From: Diplonema japonicum
Taxonomy: Eukaryota; Protista; Euglenozoa: Diplonemea
Assembly (NCBI GenBank): GCA_964019335.1
Contig: OZ025684.1
Span: forward strand, 434,001 to 498,000
DNA: 64,000 nt
Direction: 5' to 3'
The notes under the pieces were generated by a model, which saw nothing but the letters and a program-made list of their open reading frames with translations, ran no database searches and was not told where the DNA came from. How positions within the stretch are numbered: the stretch's first letter is position 1; each line of letters begins with the position of its first letter. Both the position numbers and the translations under genes were made by a program. Shown piece by piece: positions 55,709 to 64,000 of this stretch.

Positions 55709-56946
55709 TTTTTTTTTTTTTTTTTTTTTTTGCTCCTTGGTTTTTTTTTTTTTTTTTTTTTTAAAGAAAAGTTGGGGGGGGGGGGAAGGAATAAGTGAAA
55801 AAAGAAAAAGAGGGAGATGAAAGAGAAAAAAAAAAAAAAAAAAGAGGGCTGCGCCCTCCCCATGTGTTAGATAAGATTGTTTCTTGCCAAAGAAAATAAG
55901 AAAAATGGAATGAAGAAAGCAGTTTTTTTTTTTTTTTTTTGAAATTGTATTTTTTTTATTATACGAGGAGGAGAGGCGCTTGAGGGCATAAAAAGAAATC
56001 GTAATGAAGCTATAATCTAGATTCAAAAGAAAATAAATGGGAGGAAGAGAAAGCATTAAAAAAGAAGAGAAAGAAAAAAAAAGAAAAAAGAAAAGGGAGG
56101 GTTTTTCAAGGCGTCACACTCGTGTATCTACGCTGAGCTAAGAAAGAAAGGAGAAGGGGGAAATAAGCCACAGAGGGGGTGAAAACGAATGACTTTTTTC
56201 ATTTTTATTTATTATATTTTTTTTTTTTTAAAGTTTTTTTCCCCCTTCTCGTTCTCCCCTAACACGCGCTCTTCTCGGAGTGGATACACCCTGAAAAATG
56301 GGAGTGGAAAGGCTTAATAATACCCAACATTTTTTTTTTTTTTTCTTGACATTGAATTTGACAAAAAAGAGCAAGAAAAAAAAAAGAATGCTGAAATGAG
56401 TCAGCCTCGAAGTTGAAGTAACGCAAGGGAACACCTTGCGGTGCAGGGACAATGCGCAAACTGGGGTAATCCGAACCAAACCCTAGGAAGGGAAAGAAGG
56501 GGTTACGATTTTGCTAATTTTTTTTCTTCTTTTTTTTTCCTAAATTTTTCGAAGCTCGCCAAAAAAAAAAAAAAAACAGCCAAAAAAAAAAAAAAAAAAA
56601 TGGAAGGGCAATTTCTTAAGTGGAAATTCCAACAGTTCCAGTCTACTCCCCCTCTCGGGCCCCCCCACTCCCCCTCTCGGGCATTAAAGGGGGTTTTTTT
56701 TTTCTTTTAGAATAATAAGAGGACAAAAAAAAAGGATACACGATCTTTGGTGATGCTGGTGTTGAAATCTTATTCACTGTCGGGGGGGGGGGGGGGGGTC
56801 CTTTTAACTCACGTTTCATTGCTGGTGTTCGAGTTTTACCCCCCCCCCCCCCCCAGGCGAACAACGAATGGCAAAAAGTGAAACAAAGGAGCAGAAAGGG
56901 AGGTACGAGTAGAACAACAATGTGCGACTACCAGGCATCAGACTGC

Positions 56947-58068
56947 TCACACAACTGTTATGGGGGTGGGGGTGCTGACAGTTTTTTCCAACTCAACTAC
57001 CTCCACAGGGATCGACACCACACCAGGAAGTCTTTTGTGGTCCACAGGCAATCGCAGTGACAAGTTGTAAAAAGCAATGCCCAGCACGCAGATGGAGCTG
57101 CCTAAAACAATAAACAAAACGATCGCCCACTTCGGAAGGGACTCCACAGACCCCGACTGTGCCCTGTCCCTGCAGTACACCCTGCTGCAGCACTGCGAGC
57201 TCACCACACACGTCCCTGTCCTCAGCTCCGTCGCCGTACATGGTGGGCCCTGCACTTTGTCAGACGGGCACACTGCCGCACTGGCACAGCATGGGACCGA
57301 AGCCTTCACACACACGATGCTCTTCCCGCACCGTTGCCTTGTGTAGCACCCCACATCTTGGGGGCACTCGTACGGGACAACAGAATCGCCTGCGTCACAG
57401 GTTGGCATTGGGCATGTTGTGTTTTCACATATGACCTGAAGGCACGGTGGGGTCACACAAGTGTCGGGTGCGGGGACGCAGACTGTCCCCACAGGGCATG
57501 TCGCAGCAACGCAAGGGTTGCCTCCACGCCAGCAGAAGATGGTCTTCCCGCAGAGCGACTCCGCCATGCAGTTCCCAGACTTCATATCGAAGTCGCTGCA
57601 CTCCCCTGCTGGCATGTACCCCATAGCACACTTGGGGTGCGCTTCGCAGTTGACATCCGGAAGCGGTTTGCACGTAGGCAGCTTTGCAGTCCCAGCAGCT
57701 TTTGCTTCACAATACTCTGTCTTGGAACATGAAGGGGTGCAGAGGTTCGGGCAGTTGCAGGTCGGGATTTTCATGATAGCAGTGGTCTCCACAGTACACA
57801 TCCCTTGACCAAGACACATCACAGAGAACCCACCGAACGGGTCCGTCTCTGCGAAGGTACAGATGTTGGTGACGCTCCAGTTGCTTAGGTGCGAGCAGGT
57901 GTTTACAGGAAATGATGCGGTCCGCACTGTGTCGGGACCTAAGCACTGCAACTTAGTGCGCCTCACGTCAACCGATTCATGATAGATGTGCGAACACCCC
58001 ACTCCACAAAAAGGCAGATTGCACCCATGCGCCACGCCCACCATCATGGCAAGTGCTAACATCTTCAT
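56947..58068 (-). CDS. Cys-rich type I membrane protein, paralog 1
   Basis: Signal peptide MKMLALAMMVGVAHG, repeated short Cys modules, TM WAIVLFIVLG. Confidence 0.85.
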   Translation of the reverse strand: MKMLALAMMVGVAHGCNLPFCGVGCSHIYHESVDVRRTKLQCLGPDTVRTASFPVNTCSHLSNWSVTNICTFAETDPFGGFSVMCLGQGMCTVETTAIMKIPTCNCPNLCTPSCSKTEYCEAKAAGTAKLPTCKPLPDVNCEAHPKCAMGYMPAGECSDFDMKSGNCMAESLCGKTIFCWRGGNPCVAATCPVGTVCVPAPDTCVTPPCLQVICENTTCPMPTCDAGDSVVPYECPQDVGCYTRQRCGKSIVCVKASVPCCASAAVCPSDKVQGPPCTATELRTGTCVVSSQCCSRVYCRDRAQSGSVESLPKWAIVLFIVLGSSICVLGIAFYNLSLRLPVDHKRLPGVVSIPVEVVELEKTVSTPTPITVV

Positions 58069-58839
58069 TTTCTTGTTGCTTCTTCTTTTTTGACAGTTGA
58101 ATTTGGGATGAGGGAAGAATGAAAGAAAATTAAAGAGAGAGTGAGAGAGGTAGAGGAGTGAGACCAGTGAAAAGAGACACAATTTACGATGACACGGAAC
58201 AAGTACTGCCAGGCAGGGGGAGGGGAGCTACTGGCGGAGCAACCATTTTTCATTGTTTTCTTCTCCTTTTTCGTTGTGGAATCACCTTTTTTTTAAAGGG
58301 GGGGGGGAGAAAGTAGTTCAACAGAAATCGTAGAAGGACGCGCGTGTGTATTACGTGCACGTTTTATTTCTTTTCTTCTTTTTTCCCTCCTCTTTGAAGA
58401 AACAAAATTTAGAACTTCTAACTTTCACATGAGATCTAAAGCATCACACCAGTGTACCTCTCTCTGAGTCTCTGAGTTACACCGTAAAGGATGGAGGATG
58501 GAGAGGGATGGGGGATAAGGGATAGAAAATGGGCAAATACTACCACTACTTCAAAAGAATCTGATAAGAAAAGAAATCTCGTTCTATTTTTTTTTTTTTT
58601 TTTTTTTTTTTTGTTTGCGGTGCTGGTTGGTGTCCACACCAGTGAACGGAGCATCGAAGGAAAAAGGAAACGAAAAAGAGGGGGGAAAAACAACTCAAAT
58701 ACTGCGAGAAATACGAACGAGCAATATGCCGAACGGTCCGACCAACCCTCCCGGAAAGCCCTCCAGCAAAGCATGGGCAGTAAAGAAAAAAGAGAAGGAG
58801 AAAAAAATGGCGTGATGGGACAAACCATGTTCCTCATTA

Positions 58840-59973
58840 TCACACAACTGTCATCGGGATAGGTTTTTCAATTTCAGGTTTGAAGGCACCATCTGTGGGA
58901 CTCCTCATCACAGGCACAGCACCATGACAAGCGCCGGTACTGTAGATAGGTTTTCGCGCAGATCTACAGCACAAGTAGAAGATCGCAATGCTCAATATAA
59001 AAACGACAACCCCTAAAGAAACCATTACAACGATCGCCCACTTCGGAAGGGACTCCACAGACCCCGACTGTACCTTGTCCCTGCAGTACACCCTGCTGCA
59101 GCACTGCGAGCTCACCACACACGTCCCTGTCCTCAGCTCCGTCGCCGTACATGGTGGGCCCTGCACTTTGTCAGACGGGCACACTGCCGCACTGGCACAG
59201 CATGGGACCGAAGCCTTCACACACACGATGCTCTTCCCGCACCGTTGCCTTGTGTAGCACCCCACATCTTGGGGGCACTCCAAAACAACAGAATCGCCCG
59301 CGTCACAGGTTGGCATTGGGCATGTTGTGTTTTCACATTTGTGGCACAGCGACTTGGTACAAGTGTCGGGTGCGGGGACGCAGACTGTCCCCACAGGGCA
59401 TGTCACGGCATGGCAAGGGTTGCCTCCACGCCAGCAGAAGATGGTCTTCCCGCAGAGCGACTCCGCCATGCAGTTCCCAGACTTCATATCGAAGTCGCTG
59501 CACTCCCCTGCTGGCATGTACCCCATAGCACACTTGGGGTGCGCTTCGCAGTTGACATCCGGAAGAAGTTTACACGAAGACACCTTTGCAGTCCCAACTG
59601 CTTTAGTTTCACAGTACTCTGTCTTGGAACATGAAGGGGTGCAGAAGTCCGGGCAGCTGCAGTACGGGATTTTCATAGTGACAGTGGTCTCCACAGTACA
59701 CCTCCCTGTAGCAAGACACACCACAGAGAAGGTACCCATGGCATTCGTCTCTAATAAGGCGCAAGCTTCTGTCACGACGCCCCAGTTGCTTAGATGCGAG
59801 CAGGTGTTTACAGGCAATGATGCGGTCCGCACTGTGTCGGGACCTAAGCACTGCACCTCAGTGCGCCTCACGTCAACCGATTCATGATTGAAGAGCAAAC
59901 ACCCCACTCCACAAAAAGGTAGATTGCACCCATGCACCACGCCCACCATCATGGCAAGTGCTAACATCTTCAT
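58840..59973 (-). CDS. Cys-rich type I membrane protein, paralog 2
   Basis: Tandem paralog with long identical blocks. Confidence 0.85.
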   Translation of the reverse strand: MKMLALAMMVGVVHGCNLPFCGVGCLLFNHESVDVRRTEVQCLGPDTVRTASLPVNTCSHLSNWGVVTEACALLETNAMGTFSVVCLATGRCTVETTVTMKIPYCSCPDFCTPSCSKTEYCETKAVGTAKVSSCKLLPDVNCEAHPKCAMGYMPAGECSDFDMKSGNCMAESLCGKTIFCWRGGNPCHAVTCPVGTVCVPAPDTCTKSLCHKCENTTCPMPTCDAGDSVVLECPQDVGCYTRQRCGKSIVCVKASVPCCASAAVCPSDKVQGPPCTATELRTGTCVVSSQCCSRVYCRDKVQSGSVESLPKWAIVVMVSLGVVVFILSIAIFYLCCRSARKPIYSTGACHGAVPVMRSPTDGAFKPEIEKPIPMTVV

Positions 59974-60066
59974 TTACTTATTGGATCTTTGGACGGTTGT
60001 GCCCCTCTTTTTTTTCTTCTTCTTTTTTTAATTATGCTGAATGCCCGGAAAGGGAAGGAATATCGC

Positions 60067-60159
60067 GTGAACACTGTGAACACTGTGAACACTGTGAACA
60101 CTGTGAACACTGTGAACACTGTGAACACTGTGAACACTGTGAACACTGTGAACACTGTG
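60067..60159. repeat. Perfect 9-bp minisatellite (gtgaacact)x10
   Basis: Directly visible. Confidence 0.97.
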
Positions 60160-60581
60160 GAGTGTTTCCGGGTGGGGGCAGCGGAGGAGAGGGCGGAGAC
60201 GGAGCTGGCGGAGTCGGGACGGTCACCCGCCCGAACCCTGTTCCGCGTGTTAGATCTTTCGGAAGAATGTGGAGGACAGCAAACAAGGCTAAGCTGTAAG
60301 TGGCACTGCGTCCCTTTTCATTTCTTGTTCTGCTGGCGGGAAACGGCAATATTGTTGGCAAACCCTGCTACGTTGCGTATAATAATATAAAAAAAAAGAG
60401 AAGAAGACTGATACAAGGGAACAAATGTGAAGGGGGGGGGTAGGGGGAGAAAAGACGAAAAGCAAGAATCACATACGGCAAGAAAAGGAAAGGGGCTTTC
60501 CTTCAGAAGAAAAAAGAGAGAGAAAAAAAAAGAGGTAAGAAGAGGGGGGGGGAGGGGGAAAACCCTTGTTATTGTTGTTAA

Positions 60582-60684
60582 CCCTTAAAGACATTTTCAG
60601 AAAATTTAATTCAAAACACCCTCACGCATGCAACCACAGGAAAGCGCTTCATGCCATATATTACTGTCCCCGTCCTTTAAGGGG
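60582..60684. mobile_element. TTAA-flanked piggyBac-type MITE (103 bp)
   Basis: TTAA|cccttaaagac ... gtcctttaagggg|TTAA. Confidence 0.65.
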
Positions 60685-61343
60685 TTAACAGAAGAAACTT
60701 ATTTGGAAAAGAAAAAAAAAAGGTGAAGACGAGGACTTTGTGAGCTGCGTAGAGAGAGAAACCTCGAAAAAAAGAAAACCGTACGTGCGCGAAGACAAAT
60801 CAACACTGTTTTTTTTTTTGGATCGTTTCTCAAAAAGAGCATTACTTAGGTGGTTCTTTTTCTTTTTTTTCTTGTCCCCTTCTATTTTCTTTTGTAGTTC
60901 TATTATTCCACAAGATGAGAAAAAAAACCCTCCCACTGTATTCGACACTTCACCATTCGGCATGAAGTCGATGCCAACTAAGGGAAGAAAAGAAGGAATA
61001 AAATATCGGAAAAGATATCAAAAAAAAAGAAGAAAAAGAAGGGGGAGTAGTCTCCTGAAAGGAGGTTAGGAAACACCCACTGCCGCCACTACTCTTTGTG
61101 GCTATGACAATATTTTGTTGAGTGCAAACGCAAAGAAGTGGATAGGCAAAAAAAAAAAAAAGAAAAAAGAGGAAAAAGAAATATGAGCTTGTCCCGAAAA
61201 AGAATCTAAAAGTCTACATCTTTTTTATGGTTTCTCTCTTCAAGTTTGCTACCAACCCAACAGGGAAAGGCACAATAAGAAGGGGGCGTAAAAAGAATAC
61301 ACAGAGGAAAAGATGGAGAGGCACCAATAAACAAAATATATAT

Positions 61344-62910
61344 GGTCACCTCTCCGCTATTTGTCACAAAGTACTGCCCGCAAATTTCATATTTCTTTAA
61401 GTGTAAAAATCAAAAGCCGTGCCTGGGTTTGCTCCAGAAGTGGAATAAAATTTTGAATAAGAAAATCATGGCTAGGTGCTGTCATTTTTTTTTACTTTCT
61501 TTAAACCCAGCGAAAATTAAGCAGGATTTACACTACTTTTCCCTTTAATTCCATGTCAAAGTTGTGCAAACTGTGTTCAGACGCCACGAGAACCGGTACC
61601 TTGTTATCCAGCTTCCCTCAGGCCATGCAGTCGAAGCTGTTGGGGTCACACACTGTGAAGTCGTGAAGCCCTTCAAGGGTAGTGACTTCAGAGCAGTCAG
61701 TGCAGCCGATACGGCGCATAGCGGCGTTGTGGGCTTCTAAGAAATATCGGGTTTGGGTGTGGGTCTTGCATCAGCACCTCGGTGTCTGTGAGAACTGGCA
61801 AGGTCCCTGGGACCTGGGGGACCTGGGTACCAAAAGATTTTCTGGAGACCCACACACATTTGGCACCCCAAAAAACAGACTTTATTTTTTTTTTTTCTGG
61901 GGCCACCTGGCTGGTGTCCCAGTAGGGGCCCTACCAAGGCTGATTTTGCCATTTTTTGGAATTTTTCCATTGGGAAATTTGGCCTGATTTGTCTCGGGCG
62001 TTTCTTCAGGTGGAGTAGCCAACTACATCAGCACCCGAGCCCAGGTACTGTACGTGGAACTCATGAAAAGTGCCTTGGACGTAACGCAGCCCAATGCGTT
62101 GATCACTCACGGGAGAAACACGAATTGTTCTGCGACTTTGATGCAGAATCGATTCATTTTGCCACCACAATAGTGCAGGCTATGCCTGTCGACAATGCAT
62201 CAGAACGCGTTTTCCCTGCAGGGGACTCTCGTGTTCTGTAACACAAACGCGTGTCGCTGTTGTCCAAGGAAAAGAACTTGATGATGTCCTTCGGGTCGAC
62301 ATGTCCAAGAAGGGCTGTTCTGAACCACCGTTTCTCCCACCGAATTCATCCGGCTCTTTGCAGTAGATGCCGAAAAGCCGCTGCAAGAGTCCCAACAGCA
62401 CCCCACAAGTACCTCATGGTGTTTGCTGGGCCAAAAGAGCACTCTGAAGCACTTAGAAGTGTCGCTGTAGAAATCTGATTTTATTGCCTGAATCAGGAGG
62501 GCCAAAAACGGGCCAAAAAACGCACACAAATTGGCTCACTAGTGCCCACCGAAGATCGTACAGAGACAAAAGCACCTTCCAGTGGGACCCCTCTTTGGCT
62601 GCAGATTGTCAATAAAATTTTGAATAAGAGATCTATGGTTAAATGCTGCGCGTTTCTGGGTGAATAAATCGGGATTTGCTGCATTTCCCCCGTTTTCGTG
62701 ACAGCCGAATTTCGGTTCATTTTTATGTTTCATCCCTCCACATTGTATTTTTTTCTCAAAAGCAAGCCCTTTAACGGAGTTTTCGGGACTATTTACATGT
62801 TTCTTTCATACTTCCTGTGGTTGCATGCTGCCCCTTTTTTGTGAAAATTTAAAAAAGCGTTTTTTTCGCGTTTTTCGAAAAAAGCATTGACAAATAGCGG
62901 GGAGGTGGCC
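61344..62910 (-). mobile_element. Decayed TIR DNA transposon, probably ISL2EU/Harbinger (IS5-like) group
   Basis: 23-bp TIR ggtcacctctccgctatttgtca with 2 mismatches, flanked by (AT)n on both sides. Broken minus-strand remnants YCGGKMNRFCIKV, QGTFHEF and SLHNFD resemble DDE_Tnp_4 motifs. Confidence 0.7.
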
Positions 62911-63110
62911 ATATATAAAAAAAAAAAAAAAGAGATGAGATAAAGGAGGTTCCTGTTTGGAACGTCCCCCTTGTCTCTACTTACACCCCTTTAAAAAGAA
63001 AAAAAGTAATTCGTACTTTAAATATTGCTATATTCTTCCCGGACAAAACTCATACAATTAAAAGAAGAAGGGGGGGGGGGGGGGGGGGATTTTGAAAATA
63101 ATACGCCTGT

Positions 63111-64000
63111 TTATTCCATTACAGGGATGTCCTGCTCCGCGACTGTCGCAGAAGCTTCTGCACCGACCCAAGGGGCCGAGAACCCGACTGGCCAAACATG
63201 CTTGGGGGAGGCGTGCTCGGGGGTTTCGGGTTCGAACTTCTTAGGGACGTTCATGGTAGTGACGTGGGATCGGCGGAGCTGGGCAGTGGACCGGATGTCG
63301 ATGGCGAGACGCATCCAGCACCGTCTGCGAACGAACCTACTAGGCCCGGACTTAGCAGACCACTTTCGTATCCCATGCCAGTTGCCTCTGTGCTCCCACT
63401 CCCCGTAAAACCACGGGCATGCCCACACCCACTCTGCGTCCTTACAAGATGCCTCGTCGTCCGGTCTCGGCATGGTCACGCCATCCTCTGTGGACCACTC
63501 GGTCCTGTCTGTTGGGAGCAGCGCCCCGCCACTATACTCCCCAAACGGTACTCTCCTATGGTTCTGGTAGCATTCCACAACCCTCCACACCAGCGGGGAC
63601 GCCTCTGCTGTGTTAAGCACCACCATGTCATTCAGTGCTGCGTCGTATTGGATAGCCGACGGCCTGCAGCACTTCGCGCATAGATGCAGCCCTGTCTCGG
63701 GCTCGGGGTGCACCACGCTCGTTGCCTCTGTGTTCCCCGTCTGCTTGGACTTGTTCAGCCATTCCCGAAGCTTCATCACGCCGTTGTGTGTGCAGTCTGG
63801 GCACACGGGATGCCCGCACCCTAGCACCAAGCACCCCAACACGCCGCAGATCACGCACGTCGTCGACTCCTCTGTGGGCATGGGGGCCAGGTGTGACTTG
63901 ATCCGAAGCGAGTGTCTCGTCAAAATCGTGTTTTGGTGTTTTATAAGCGAAGCAACATTCGCAGCACCGGGCACCTGCCAGTCGATGTGCCGCGAGGGGC
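63111..64000 (-). CDS. 5'-incomplete protein with RING-like Cys cluster and DysF/peroxin-like domain
   Basis: CVIC...CGHPVCPDC...CAKC; ECYQNHRR, LLPTDRTEWSTEDG, EWVWACPW, FVRRRCWMR. Frame is open to the window edge. Confidence 0.8.
   Translation of the reverse strand, partial: PSRHIDWQVPGAANVASLIKHQNTILTRHSLRIKSHLAPMPTEESTTCVICGVLGCLVLGCGHPVCPDCTHNGVMKLREWLNKSKQTGNTEATSVVHPEPETGLHLCAKCCRPSAIQYDAALNDMVVLNTAEASPLVWRVVECYQNHRRVPFGEYSGGALLPTDRTEWSTEDGVTMPRPDDEASCKDAEWVWACPWFYGEWEHRGNWHGIRKWSAKSGPSRFVRRRCWMRLAIDIRSTAQLRRSHVTTMNVPKKFEPETPEHASPKHVWPVGFSAPWVGAEASATVAEQDIPVME

Noticed and set aside
60067-60159. CRISPR-like array or (CEH)n/(VNT)n peptides
   Set aside because: Contiguous 9-bp units with no spacers in a eukaryotic context; the peptides are translation artefacts.

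Overview
Eukaryotic genomic window, very probably from a diplonemid (Euglenozoa): it holds a 38-nt copy of a Diplonema-type spliced leader. All credible host protein genes lie on the minus strand, like a polycistronic cluster. They include three membrane class III adenylate cyclase paralogs, two GT92/GT2-like glycosyltransferases, two Cys-rich membrane proteins, a CCCH protein, WWE-BRCT, Ubl-ankyrin, GNAT, multi-PDZ, acyl-CoA dehydrogenase, SDR, RING-DysF, and two large surface proteins. One of the latter is a 3-exon mucin-like gene with about 131 PDTPA repeats. The homopolymer-rich intergenic DNA is full of mobile elements: a decayed piggyBac with an empty-site paralog, several TIR elements/MITEs, a LINE 3' fragment and many short retroposons. 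The most unusual signal is a ~325-bp non-coding element present twice. Its first 134 nt fold into a complete HDV-like self-cleaving ribozyme, and one copy has the spliced leader joined exactly at the predicted cleavage site. This element, the LINE fragment, a tRNA-iMet-headed chimera and several short families all end in poly(T) rather than poly(A) on their sense strand. That suggests a U-tailed or T-tract-targeting retroposition system. All folds, alignments and family calls were made by eye.
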